Shown here: positions 46,854-56,775 of the stretch, piece after piece
Layout: every line of letters starts with the position of its first letter
Position numbering within the stretch: the stretch's first letter is position 1
NCBI GenBank assembly: GCA_963700145.1
Contig: OY969474.1
Location: forward strand, 960,001-1,024,000
From: an uncultured Acidobacteriota bacterium
Lineage (GTDB): Bacteria > Acidobacteriota > Thermoanaerobaculia > Multivoradales > UBA5704
Length of the DNA: 64,000 nucleotides
Direction of reading: 5' to 3'
Notes under the pieces: generated by a model
Seen by the model: only the letters and a program-made list of their open reading frames with translations
Told to the model about the DNA's origin: nothing
Databases searched by the model: none
Made by a program: the position numbers and the translations under genes

Positions 46854-48814
46854 TGCGGTAGCCCCTCGACCGTCGTGTCGCCCCAGACGTAGCGGTCGAG
46901 GAAGCGGTCCGTGGCCTCGTACGCCGCCAGGCGGTTGGCGTTCTTCGAGAACCCGTGCCCCTCGCCGGGGATGACCAGGTAGTGGACCGGCACCTGCCGC
47001 CCGCGCAGCGCCGCGACCAGCCGGTCGGACTGGTCGCGCGGGACGCGCGCGTCGTTTTCCCCCTGCACCACGAGCAGCGGCCGCGCGATGCGGTCGACGT
47101 GGTAGATCGGCGAGCGCTCGCGCTGGTAGCGGGCGTGATCGGGGTTCTTCGGGTCGCCGTACTTCCTGTAGGTGAACGGCGAGTAGGCCGCCCAGTAGGC
47201 GGGATAGGAGTCGAGGAGGGCCTTGAAGTCGGTGATGCCGAAGTGGTCGACGTGGGCGGTGAACTCGGTCGGGTGAAAGGCGGCGGCGGCGACCGCCATG
47301 TAGCCGCCGTAGGAGGCGCCCATGATCGCCACCCGCGCCTCGTCGACGCGCGCCTCGTCGACGAGCCAGCGCTTGCAGGCCAGAACGTCGCGCAGCGGCC
47401 CGCCGCCGAGGTCGAGGTCGTCGAGCGCCGTCCAGGTCTTGCCGTAGCCGGTCGAGCCGCGCACGTTCGGGACCAGCACCACGTACCCCTTCGACACCAG
47501 GTACTGCCGCAGCCCGACGAAGGCGCGCTTGGCCTGGGCGTTGGGGCCGCCGTGGACGTCGATGACCGCCGGGAACGGCCCGCGGCCGGGCGGCTCGTAG
47601 ACCAGCGCCGGCACCTCGCGGCCGTCGAAGGAGCGGATGCGCACGGCGCGGCCGGGCGTCATCCGGCGGCCGCGCAGCGCCTCGGGGAGCACGTCGGCCA
47701 GGCGGGTCGCGGTCTGCCGCGCGAGGTCGACGACGTAAAGGGTCTCGGGCGCCGTGTCGGTGACCAGGGTGGCCGCGAGGTAGCGGTCGCTCGGCGAGAA
47801 GGCGACCGGCACGAAGGCGCCGGGGTCGCCGGTCGGCGGCAGCGCGACGGCGGCGCCGCGCGCGAGGTCGCGCACCGCGACTGCGGGCGTGCCGTCGGCG
47901 TTGACGACGGTGACCAGGTAGCTGCCGCCGGCCGAGACCTCGCCCTTCTCCACGTCCCAGGGCGCGGCGAGGACCGGCTTCGCGGTGCGCGTCGCGAGGT
48001 CCATCGCGTAGAGGGCGGTGAACTCCCCGGCCTCGGTCGAGGTGTAGTAGAGGGTCCTGCCGTCGGCCGAGAAGCTCTGGGCGGTATAGGCGACGGCGCC
48101 CTGGTGCGGCGTCAGCAGCACCGGCTCCGCGGCGCCGCGCTCGAGCAGGTAGAGGTTGAAGTCGGCGTCCGAGAGCACCTCGAGGAGCACGAAGCGGCGG
48201 AGGTCAGGGCTGGCGAGCGCGAACGAGAGGTGCTTGGGCGAGCGCCAGACGGGCTCGGAGGTCTTGCTCGCGAGGCGGTGCTCGCGCAGCTCGGTCGTCT
48301 CGCCGCCCGGCAGCACGACGACGTAGAGGAACGAGCGGCCGTCCCCGGCCCAGCGGATGAAGCCGATGCGCGAGCCGGCCGGCAGCTCGGGGAAGAGGTC
48401 CACCAGCGGCCGGCCGCGGCTGTCGGTGGCGTAGATCCGCGGCGCGTCGTTGCCCCCCTCGTCCACCTCGACCAGCAGCAGGTCCTCGACCGGCGAGAAG
48501 GCAAAGGAGTGGATGACGCCCGCGACCCGCGTCACCTGCCGCGCCTCGCCGCCGCCCACCGGCTGCACCCAGACGTCGAGCCGCCCGCCGGCGTCGCTGC
48601 GGTAGGCGACGAGCTTCTCGTCGTGCGAGAACGAGGCGCCGCGCACGCGGCGGATGTTCAGGTACTCGGCGAGCGGCACCGGCGGCTGCGGGGCGCGCGC
48701 GGCGGGTGGAGCGGCGGTGGCCGCCGGCGGCACGACCGAAGACGGCGCGGCGGCCGCCAGCGCGAGGGAGGCGGCGAGAGCGAGGAGGAGGGCAGACGGA
48801 GGTTTCGCGGCCAT
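46850..48814 (-). CDS. Secreted S9 (prolyl oligopeptidase/acylaminoacyl) peptidase
   Basis: Signal peptide, beta-propeller, VHGGP, NVRGSTGYG, GASYGG nucleophile, GENDARV, EGHG. Confidence 0.93.
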   Translation of the reverse strand: MAAKPPSALLLALAASLALAAAAPSSVVPPAATAAPPAARAPQPPVPLAEYLNIRRVRGASFSHDEKLVAYRSDAGGRLDVWVQPVGGGEARQVTRVAGVIHSFAFSPVEDLLLVEVDEGGNDAPRIYATDSRGRPLVDLFPELPAGSRIGFIRWAGDGRSFLYVVVLPGGETTELREHRLASKTSEPVWRSPKHLSFALASPDLRRFVLLEVLSDADFNLYLLERGAAEPVLLTPHQGAVAYTAQSFSADGRTLYYTSTEAGEFTALYAMDLATRTAKPVLAAPWDVEKGEVSAGGSYLVTVVNADGTPAVAVRDLARGAAVALPPTGDPGAFVPVAFSPSDRYLAATLVTDTAPETLYVVDLARQTATRLADVLPEALRGRRMTPGRAVRIRSFDGREVPALVYEPPGRGPFPAVIDVHGGPNAQAKRAFVGLRQYLVSKGYVVLVPNVRGSTGYGKTWTALDDLDLGGGPLRDVLACKRWLVDEARVDEARVAIMGASYGGYMAVAAAAFHPTEFTAHVDHFGITDFKALLDSYPAYWAAYSPFTYRKYGDPKNPDHARYQRERSPIYHVDRIARPLLVVQGENDARVPRDQSDRLVAALRGRQVPVHYLVIPGEGHGFSKNANRLAAYEATDRFLDRYVWGDTTVEGLPQ

Positions 48815-48823
48815 GTCGGCCGA

Positions 48824-48927
48824 TCTGTAGCATGGCCGCGCCACCCCGCCTTCTCCCAGCTTGCGCCCGGCCGCGCGCTCGCCGCGCAATCTCGGAGAAG
48901 AGCGGCGCCGCCCGCCCCGTCTAGCCT
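48824..48927. promoter_or_regulatory. Divergent promoter with two back-to-back cluster boxes
   Basis: Minus: CGCAAGCTGGGAGAAG (48850-48865)-N20-TACAGA. Plus: CGCAATCTCGGAGAAG (48885-48900)-N21-TAGCCT. Confidence 0.72.
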
Positions 48928-48959
48928 GCCCTGCGGACGCACCAGCAAGGGGGCCTGCC

Positions 48960-49655
48960 ATGATCGCCGCCGAGATCGACGTCGCCGGGCTCTTGACCGA
49001 GCTCCAGATCGGCTGGAGCGCGTCCGGCACGGCCGCGCTCGAGGCCGAGCTCGGGCCGTGGACGGACGCCATGTTCCGGCACCTGGGCGGGCATCGCATC
49101 GCCTCGCACATCCGCGGCGCGGGCGCCCTCGCCGCGCCGATCACCGACGTCACCGACCCGCACGAGCTCTACGCGACGGCGGTCGGCGACGTCAGCCAGG
49201 AGCGCTACGAGGTCGAGGAGCACGACGACTACTGGGTGACCACGCACCTGTCGACGGTGCCGGTCGTCATCCTGCTGCTCAAGCGGCGACAGGGGCCGCT
49301 GCCGGTGCTCGGCGACCTCTGCGCCCGCTGCGTCGGCGCTCTCGGCAGGCCGATGGGGCAAGCGCGCTACCTGCAGTGGAACCAGCCGGGATACGGCTGG
49401 CCGCTCCACACCGACGACGACTTCGACGGCGTGTTCACGCGCGTCCACGTGCCGATCGTCACCACGCCGCAGAACCGCTTCGCGTGGGCGGCGTCGCTCG
49501 ACGCCCCGCGCGCCGAGTGGCTGCTCGAGACCCACCTCGAGCGGGGCAAGGTCTACAGCACGCGGGTGGACGTGCCGCACACCGCGTTCAACGAGCACCC
49601 GACCGACGGGCGGCTGCACCTCATCCTCGACGTGGCCGGCGAGGGCGCGAGCTAG
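48960..49655 (+). CDS. 2OG-Fe(II)/aspartyl-asparaginyl beta-hydroxylase-like oxygenase
   Basis: PLHTD...RVHVPIVT...HLERGKVY...PHTAFN...RLHLILD, an HxD...H facial triad. Confidence 0.8.
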   Translation: MIAAEIDVAGLLTELQIGWSASGTAALEAELGPWTDAMFRHLGGHRIASHIRGAGALAAPITDVTDPHELYATAVGDVSQERYEVEEHDDYWVTTHLSTVPVVILLLKRRQGPLPVLGDLCARCVGALGRPMGQARYLQWNQPGYGWPLHTDDDFDGVFTRVHVPIVTTPQNRFAWAASLDAPRAEWLLETHLERGKVYSTRVDVPHTAFNEHPTDGRLHLILDVAGEGAS

Positions 49656-49705
49656 AGGCGCAGGGCGGTGTCGAGCGCGCAACACGCCCGGCGCGCGAGA
49701 GGCTC

Positions 49706-51001
49706 ATGATCGAGCCGTTGCCGGTCGTGGACGGGCCGCTGGGCCGCCGGCACGGAGATCTCCTCCCGGCGGCGGACGCGGCGGGCGGCGATGCCGCCCC
49801 GCGCTGGGACGTCTTCGCCCAGCCGTCGTTCCGCCGCCTGTGGGCGGCCGGGCTCGTGGCGACGGCCGGCGTGCAGGTCGGCCGCATCGGCCTGCTCCTC
49901 CACCTGCTGCAGCAGGGCTCGTCGGTCCTCGGGCTGGCGCTCCTGGTGGCGACGAAGACCCTGCCGGGCGCGCTCGCGGCCCCGGCGGCCGGGTTGCTGG
50001 TGGACCGGCTGAGCAAGCGGCGGGTGATGATCGCCGCCGACCTCGTGCGCGCGGCCTGCCTCGGGGCGGTGGTCCTGGCGCCGCGCCTCGAGGTCATCTA
50101 CCTCGCGGCGGCGGTCGAGTCGCTGGCGACCGCTCTGTTCGACCCGGCGCGCGCGGCGGCGCTGCCGCTCGTCGTGCGGCGCCGCGACGTGCCGCGCGCC
50201 AACGGCTTCGACCAGAGCGCGGCGACCGTGGCGATGGTGGCCGGGCCGCTCGCCGGCGCGGCGCTCTTCGCGCTCGGCGGCCTGGCGGCGGCGGCCGGCG
50301 TGAACGCGTGCGCCTTCGCGGCGAGCGCACTGCTGCTGGCGCGGGTGCGCGTGCGGCGCGCCGCCGCCGTGCCGGCGCTCGCGCTGCGGCAGCTCGGCAT
50401 GAGCGACCTGCGGGCGGGCTGGTCCTACCTGGCGCGGCACCGGGCGGTGCTGCAGCTCACCGTGCTCTTCTTCGTCAGCATGCTCTGCGGCGGCGTCTGG
50501 GTGCCGCTCGCGCCGAGCTTCATGCGCGAGGTGCTCGGCAGCCCCGACCGGCTGCTCGGGCTGCACCTCGGCGCCTTCGGGGTGGGGGGCATGGTGGGAT
50601 CGCTGCTGGCGCCGCGGCTCGGCGGGCTCGTCGACCGCGGCCTCGTGCTCTTCCTGGCGCTGCTCATCGAGGGCGGGCAGATCGCCGCCTATGCGCTGGT
50701 GCCCGACGCCGCGGCCTCGGCCGTCGTGCTGCTGCTCTGGGGCGGCACGGTGGCGGTCATCCGCGTCTCCTCCTACTCGATCCTCCAGCTCGAAGTCGCC
50801 GAGCCGTTCCTCGGCCGCGTCTTCGCGGTCGTCAAGCAGGCCGAGAACGCGGCGATCCTGCTGGCGACGACGCTCGCCGTCCTGCTCTCGCAGCGCCTCA
50901 CGAGCCAGGACATCCTGCTCGCCGCCGGCGTCACCTACTGCGGCATCGTCGTCGCGTCGAGCCTGACGGCCGGCGGGCGCACCCTGCTCGCAGCGCGGTG
51001 A
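49706..51001 (+). CDS. MFS transporter (H+ antiporter/efflux type)
   Basis: FRRLW, GLLVDRLSKRRVMIAADLVR motif A, about 12 hydrophobic segments, LGRVF. Confidence 0.9.
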   Translation: MIEPLPVVDGPLGRRHGDLLPAADAAGGDAAPRWDVFAQPSFRRLWAAGLVATAGVQVGRIGLLLHLLQQGSSVLGLALLVATKTLPGALAAPAAGLLVDRLSKRRVMIAADLVRAACLGAVVLAPRLEVIYLAAAVESLATALFDPARAAALPLVVRRRDVPRANGFDQSAATVAMVAGPLAGAALFALGGLAAAAGVNACAFAASALLLARVRVRRAAAVPALALRQLGMSDLRAGWSYLARHRAVLQLTVLFFVSMLCGGVWVPLAPSFMREVLGSPDRLLGLHLGAFGVGGMVGSLLAPRLGGLVDRGLVLFLALLIEGGQIAAYALVPDAAASAVVLLLWGGTVAVIRVSSYSILQLEVAEPFLGRVFAVVKQAENAAILLATTLAVLLSQRLTSQDILLAAGVTYCGIVVASSLTAGGRTLLAAR

Positions 51002-51007
51002 AGACGG

Positions 51008-52465
51008 TCAGTCGCCGGCGGCGACGGTGGCGTCGAAGGCACCGGTGAGCACCTGACCGCCGCTCTTGGCCTGGACCCAGATGCGGTAGCGGCCGGGCTC
51101 CGGAAAGGCGTAGGGGAAGGACAGGTCGGACGGGAGGGGGCGCGGGGAGACGGCGGCAGGCGCTGCGGTGTGGCCGGCATGCGCCGAGGCGGACGCTCGC
51201 TCGCGGCGGGCGAAGAGCTGGAGCGAGGCCATGGAGACGGTACCGGAGGGGTGGAGATGGACGAACACCTCGCCGTCGTCGCGGGCGATGACGGCGTGTC
51301 CGGGCATGCCCATGTACGGCTCGAGGGGGAGGGGCCGGCCCGCCGCGTCCTGGAGCGCGAAGCCGAGGGCCGTCTCGCGACCGGCGGTGAGCCGCTCGTG
51401 GCCCCGTAACCAGAGCATCTCGGCGCCGCAGTCGAGCTGAGCGGTCCGGGCCGCGTGCCAGGAGTCGTCCGGATCGGAGGCCAGGCCGGGCTCGCCTCCG
51501 GCCGCGGGATCGGGCGGCGGCGGCAGGTCCACGCTGCCGACGAGGGTGTGCGCGAAGCCGGTCTCCTCGGTGACGTCGGCGAAAAGACGATAGCGGCCGG
51601 CGGTGAGGGGAGGCAGGACGGCCTCGAAGCTGCGGTCGTCGACCGGCGTCGGGTGGAGATGGGCGAAGCCGCCGCGGTCTCCCTCGCCGAGCAGGAAGAG
51701 GTGAACGAGCTTGCCGTGGTCGGGGACGAGCGGGGCGGTGCGCGCCCAGCGCTCGTCGGCGACCGCGAGCGTGAGCAGGCGCTGCGGGCCTTCGACGGCG
51801 GCGCGCGCGTCGAGCCGGAAGGTTTGGTAGAGGCCGGCGCGGTGCGCGGCGTCGGCGCGGTCCCACCAGCCCTTGCCGAGCGCGAGGACGAGGGTGAGGA
51901 CGGCGGCGGCCAGGACGCCGGCGCGGCGGCCGCGCCGGCGTTCCCGCGCCTCCGGCCCGGCTCCCGGAGCGAGGGCGCTCTCGCGCGCCGCGGCGGCGGT
52001 GACCGCGACCGCGCCGGCGAAGAGCAGCGCCGCGAGCGCCGCCAGCAGTGCGCCGCGCCAGCGGGGCATCGGGCTGCGCTCCATGACGACCGGCGCGACC
52101 GGCACCGCCGCCGTGCCGTGGCCGCGGTCGCCGTCCACCTCGACCTGGAGGTAGTACGAGCTCACGGTCATCAGCCAGAGGTCCGCCCGGTAGAGACCCA
52201 CCGCGCCGCGCACGGGCGCGGCTGGCTCGGCGCCGGGCGCGCCAGCGAGGCCGGCGTCCCAGCGCACCGGACGCACCGCCACGCGCCGCGCCCGCCCGGC
52301 CTCGACGCGCACCGCCACCTCCGCCACCCCCGGCACCACGGCCGGCGGCCGCACGGTGACACGCACCGGGTAGGCTCCCGCCGCGCCGCGGAAGAAGACG
52401 TCCGGGCTGCCCACGTGCCCCATCGTCGCCAGCGCGAGCACGGCGAGCAGGAGGAGCCGGCTCAT
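51008..52465 (-). CDS. Conserved membrane-anchored His-rich hypothetical protein
   Basis: Signal peptide, HVGSPDVFF, two TM, PDHGKLVHLFL, FAHLHP, LEPYMGMPGH, FVHLHP, GRYRIWVQ. Confidence 0.75.
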   Translation of the reverse strand: MSRLLLLAVLALATMGHVGSPDVFFRGAAGAYPVRVTVRPPAVVPGVAEVAVRVEAGRARRVAVRPVRWDAGLAGAPGAEPAAPVRGAVGLYRADLWLMTVSSYYLQVEVDGDRGHGTAAVPVAPVVMERSPMPRWRGALLAALAALLFAGAVAVTAAAARESALAPGAGPEARERRRGRRAGVLAAAVLTLVLALGKGWWDRADAAHRAGLYQTFRLDARAAVEGPQRLLTLAVADERWARTAPLVPDHGKLVHLFLLGEGDRGGFAHLHPTPVDDRSFEAVLPPLTAGRYRLFADVTEETGFAHTLVGSVDLPPPPDPAAGGEPGLASDPDDSWHAARTAQLDCGAEMLWLRGHERLTAGRETALGFALQDAAGRPLPLEPYMGMPGHAVIARDDGEVFVHLHPSGTVSMASLQLFARRERASASAHAGHTAAPAAVSPRPLPSDLSFPYAFPEPGRYRIWVQAKSGGQVLTGAFDATVAAGD

Positions 52466-53682
52466 CGCTGCACCCGCCGCAGCCAGCGTCCGAGGACGAG
52501 CCCGAGCCCCGCCGACGCGGTCGCCGCGAGGAAGGTCCAGGCGATCGCCTCAGGCGCCAGCGCGTCGGTCTCCCAGAACTGGTAGCGCCACGCCCCGAGC
52601 CGCGGGTGGACGCCTTCCACGGTGGCGGTGACGCCGAAGTACCACTCGTCCCCGGCGAAGACAGGGTTGCGGGCCCGCGGCGAGAGGAGGAAGGCGGCGA
52701 GAGGCCACTGGACCGCCGCGAAGGCCACCACGAACAGCGCGCCCAGGAGCGGTGCCGCCAGCAGCCCCTGCAGGCGCATCCGGAGACCGCGGCGGAGGGC
52801 GTCTCCGGCCGCCCGCCGCCGCGTCACGAGATCGACGGCAACCGCGGGCGCCAGCAGCAGGAGCGGAAAGATCCCGGGCCACATGTGGTCGACGCGGTTG
52901 AAGACCGGCGCCAGCCCCGGCTCGGCGGGGAAGAGCGGCAGGATCCAGAGCGTCGCCAGCGAGAGCGCGGTATAGACGGCGGCGACCGTCGTCGCCGCCC
53001 ACCGCCGGCCCGTCCGCGCCACCGCCACCAGGAGCCACGGGTAGGCGAGGGCCGAGGCGCGGTAGAAGGCGGCGCCGTGCTGGCGGTTGGGGTAGTTGGA
53101 CTCGAGCAGGAGGGTCGCCAGGAGGAGCGCGGTGACGCCGGCGACGGCGAGCAGGCCTCCCTCGAGCCACCGGCGCGCGCCCCCGGCCGCGCGGTTGGCG
53201 AGCGCCGCGGCCTGGAGGAGCGTGCCGAGGTGCACGACGACCATCCCCGTGGCGAGCACGCTGTGCGCCGGCGTGACGATGCCGACGTCGAGGCCGTAGG
53301 TGCCGTGCCACCAGGCGTCGAAAGGGGCCGCCGTCAGCATGGCGGCGGCGCCCCAGAGCGACACCCAGGCGCCGATCGGCGCGCGGAAGCCCCAGACCCG
53401 CACGGCGGCGGCGCGCTCGTGCGCCGCGCCGGCGAAGGTGGTGCGCGCCACGAGCCACGCCGCCGCGAGACCGGCGAGGAGGCTCCCCAGGTAGATCGTG
53501 ACGTGGGCCGGCGTCCAGAAGCTGTCGCGGCCGACGCTGGCGTGCCAAGAGATGTCCCAGAGGAGGCCGAGAGTGATGGCGCCGCAGCCGGCGGTCGCGG
53601 CCGCCAGCGCCGCCCGCCGTACGTCGACCCGCGCGTCGATCTCGTGGACTGCGACGAGCCTCTCGCCGGCCAGACTCGTCAC
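52462..53682 (-). CDS. Polytopic membrane protein
   Basis: WDISWHASVGRDSFWTPAH and FDAWWHGTYGLD...TPAH repeated His motifs; many TM segments. Confidence 0.78.
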   Translation of the reverse strand: MTSLAGERLVAVHEIDARVDVRRAALAAATAGCGAITLGLLWDISWHASVGRDSFWTPAHVTIYLGSLLAGLAAAWLVARTTFAGAAHERAAAVRVWGFRAPIGAWVSLWGAAAMLTAAPFDAWWHGTYGLDVGIVTPAHSVLATGMVVVHLGTLLQAAALANRAAGGARRWLEGGLLAVAGVTALLLATLLLESNYPNRQHGAAFYRASALAYPWLLVAVARTGRRWAATTVAAVYTALSLATLWILPLFPAEPGLAPVFNRVDHMWPGIFPLLLLAPAVAVDLVTRRRAAGDALRRGLRMRLQGLLAAPLLGALFVVAFAAVQWPLAAFLLSPRARNPVFAGDEWYFGVTATVEGVHPRLGAWRYQFWETDALAPEAIAWTFLAATASAGLGLVLGRWLRRVQR

Positions 53683-56612
53683 GGCACAGGCTCGAGCAGC
53701 CGCCGCACCTCGCGCTCGAGGCCGTCGGCGGAGATCCCGCCGCTCACCACGCGCGCGATCGCGCCCGAGGCGTCGAGCACCACCGCCGCCGGCAGCGGCA
53801 CGGCGCCGTCGCCGAACGCGGCCTCGAGGAGGGGAGCCATCGCTTGCATGTCGGAGAGCCCCATGCGGTACTGGGGCCGGGTGCGTGCGATGAAGTCACG
53901 CGCGGCATTGGCATCGGGCTCGAAGGAGATTCCGACGACCTGCGCGTCGTCACCGAGCCGGCGCTGCAGCGCATCGAGCTCCGGCACCTCGGCCGCGCAA
54001 GGCAAGCACCAGGAAGCCCACAGGCTCACCACCGCCGGCCTGCCAGCGGAGAGCGTGAACGGCGTTCCTTCCGTGGTCCACGCACGCCAGACGGGACGTT
54101 GCGCGGCGGGCGTGCGGGCGGAGGCAGGCTCCGCCCCCAACCCTTCGGCGAACGCACGCAGCGCCGTCAGAGTCACCCGCCCTTCTCCCTCGACGATCCG
54201 TACCACGTTCCCCGCCGGCAGGTCGCGGAAGGTCTCGACGCTCCCTCCCGGCCAGCGCACCGTCAGCTCGTCCGCCCGCTGCGCGCCGCCCAGGCCGAAG
54301 TGCAGCGTCGCCTCCGACTGCGCCTGGAAGCCGCTCCCCGCCGAGCGCACCCGCACCTGCCGCAGGCCGCCGGCGGTGAGCCGCGCCACCGCCCCGACCG
54401 CGTCGCGGTTGCCGCGCGTCCCGACCAGCTCGACGCGGAGGGCGTTGCCGCGCCAGGCGGCGTCGTTGTGGAGGTAGGCGAGCTTCTGCCGCGCCACGCT
54501 CCGCACCACGAGGTCGAGGCCGCCGTCGCCGTCGAGGTCGCCGACGGCGACGCCGCGCCCCTCGAGGTCGAGGTCGATCCCGAGCGGGTAGCCGGCCTCG
54601 ACGAAGCGCCCGCCGCCGCCGTTGACGAAGAGGCAGTTGCGCTCGCGGGCGTTGAAGCTGAACCCCTTGAGCGCGCCGTCGCTCGCCAGGAGATCGAGGT
54701 CATCGGGCCCCAGGCGGGTCATCAGACGCGACACCGCCTCCTTCTTCTCCAGGGTCCTGCCGCTCGCTTCGGGCGTCAGCGCCAGGACCTGGCGCCAGTA
54801 GAGCGGTCAGGCATCGGCATCGCTGGTCCCCGCCCAGAAGCCGTTGGCGACGTGGAGGTCGAGCCGGCCATCGTTGTCGTAGTCGAGGAAGTTGCTCCCC
54901 CAGGCCCAGCCCGCGAGGTGCACGGCGGCGGTCGCGCCGCGCTCCTCGAAGCGGGTCTCGCCGGCGGCGTCGGGGCCGGCGTTGCGGTAGAGCGAGTTGC
55001 CGCGCGCGCTCCACAGCAGCTTCTGGCGCAGCACCGGATCGAGGTCGGGGACGAGCGGCACGAACTGGTTGCCGGTCTTCGAGTACATGTTGGCGACGTA
55101 GAGGTCGAGCCGGCCGTCGTTGTCGTAGTCGCCCCAGTCGGCGCCCATGCCGTTGGCGGGGTCGGCGACGCCGGCGCGCGCCGCCACCTCCTCGAAGCGC
55201 ACCTCGCCCGCGGCGTCGCGGCCGCGGTTGCGGAAGAGCTGGTCGTCGCCGAAGTCGTTGGCGACGAAGAGGTCGATCCGGCCGTCGTCGTCGTAGTCGG
55301 CCCAGGCCGAGGCGTAGGCCCAGCCCGCGCCGCGCACGCCGGTGCTCTCGCCGACCTCGGCGAAGCGGAAGCCGCCCAGGTTGCGGTAGAGGCGATTGCC
55401 GAAGCCGTCGCGCGCCTCGACGAAGTGATGGTAGGGGTGGAGCTTGGTGTCCTGGTAGTAGGTGACGAAGAGGTCAAGCAGGCCGTCGCCGTCGTAGTCG
55501 GCGGCGGAGGCGCCGCTCGCCGGCCCGACCGGCCCGAGCTCGCCGGGCAGGCGCGTGAAGCGCGTCGCGCCGCCGCGCGGGCCGTCGTTGCGGTAGAGGA
55601 CGTGCCCGCGCCGCGCGTGCTCGCCCTGGATCAACGTGTAAGCGGCATTGACGACGAAGAGGTCGAGGTCGCCGTCGTTGTCGAGGTCCACCCAGAGCGC
55701 CGCCTGGCCGTTGCCGGGATCGCCGACGCCGGCCGCCGCCGTCACGTCCACGAAGCCGCCGCGGCCGTCGTTGCGCAGCAGCGCGTTGGGGCCGGCGCGC
55801 ACGACGTAGAGGTCGGGCCGGCCGTCGCGGTCGTAGTCGCCGATGGCGACGCCGCCGTAGAGGATCTGGCCGTACGCGAAGTCGGTCGGGTCGTAGCCCT
55901 CGTCGCGCCAGTCGGCGGGGAGGCCGGCGCGCGCTGTCCGGTCGCTGAAGGCGGGGCCGGCGCTCTCGAAGCGCTCGCGCTCGCCCCAGACGAGGCGCGT
56001 CAGGCGCCAAGCGCCCTCGCCGTCCTCGGCCAGCTCGGCGGCGACGTCGCCCTTCTCGCCGACGCGGCTGCCGTCGGCGGTGACGCCGCCCAGCCAGAGG
56101 TGGAGGTCGACGGCGGCGCGCCGCGGGCCGTCGCCGCGCGGCGTCGCGAGCACCCGGTAGGGCTTGAAGAAGCAGCGCTCGACGCGCTGCCACGAGCCGG
56201 TCAGGAGCGCGAGGTCCGCCGCGAAGGCCGCCGGCCCGCCGAAGCAGCCGGCGTCGGCCGGCCGGAGGAGCGATCCGTGCGCGTGCGCGCCGGCGACGAC
56301 CGGCGTCTCGGCGCGCGGGAAGAGCCGCTGCACCCGCGCCTCGGGCGCGAGGTACGGGCGGACGGCGTCGACGTCGAACGCCGTCAGCACGCGGCAGACG
56401 CCGCCCATCGTCACTTCCTTGACCGCCGCCGCGATCGCCTCGACCTCGACCAGGTCGCGCTCGGGCTCGGCGATCGCGAGGGACGGCGGCGCGGCGGAGC
56501 AGGTATCCGCCGGCGGCGGCGACGGCGGGCTCGCGGCCGCGGCGGCGGACGCCGCGCCCGCGGCCGCGAGACAGAGCGGGGCGAGCGGCCGGAGCGCCGC
56601 GCGAAGCGTCAC
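53679..56612 (-). CDS. Secreted FG-GAP/ASPIC-UnbV protein fused to a TlpA thioredoxin domain, with in-frame UGA at 54807-54809 (candidate selenocysteine)
   Basis: ORFs 54807-56612 and 53679-54734 share one frame, separated only by TGA and 24 sense codons (GTSDADA-UGA-PLYWRQVL). Multiple DYDxDG repeats, SGFQAQS...LHFGLG, C-terminal WASWCLPC. Confidence 0.75.
54779..54795 (-). promoter_or_regulatory. Candidate bacterial SECIS hairpin
   Basis: GCGCCAG-GUC-CUGGCGC begins after an 11-nt spacer 3' of the UGA; the apical CAGGUC resembles E. coli fdhF SECIS (GCAGGUCUGC). Confidence 0.65.
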
Positions 56613-56654
56613 CTGAGCGCTGCCTCCTCGTCGCGCCGCATCGCCGCAGCCCGC

Positions 56655-56766
56655 ACGGTAGCCAAGCGCTCCGGCGCCAACTTCTCCCGGATTGCGCGGC
56701 TGCCGCCGCGCTGCCGCCCATCGCGCAATCTCGGATAAGCGCTCCTCCGGGCCGCCGCGATAGCAA
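56655..56766. promoter_or_regulatory. Divergent promoter with two back-to-back cluster boxes
   Basis: Minus: CGCAATCCGGGAGAAG (56681-56696)-N20-TACCGT. Plus: CGCAATCTCGGATAAG (56724-56739)-N21-TAGCAA. Confidence 0.72.
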
Positions 56767-56775
56767 AGCGTGCGG

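Noticed and set aside
46955-49705. Apparent 1348 aa giant MFS fusion
   Set aside because: The upstream part is the antisense frame of the S9 peptidase plus an off-frame read of the hydroxylase. The MFS starts at 49706.
54734-54809. Reading the UnbV-TlpA locus as two separate genes or a nonsense pseudogene
   Set aside because: Disfavoured but not excluded. Both halves are intact and in frame, the break falls within one domain, and a SECIS-like hairpin sits at the canonical spacing.
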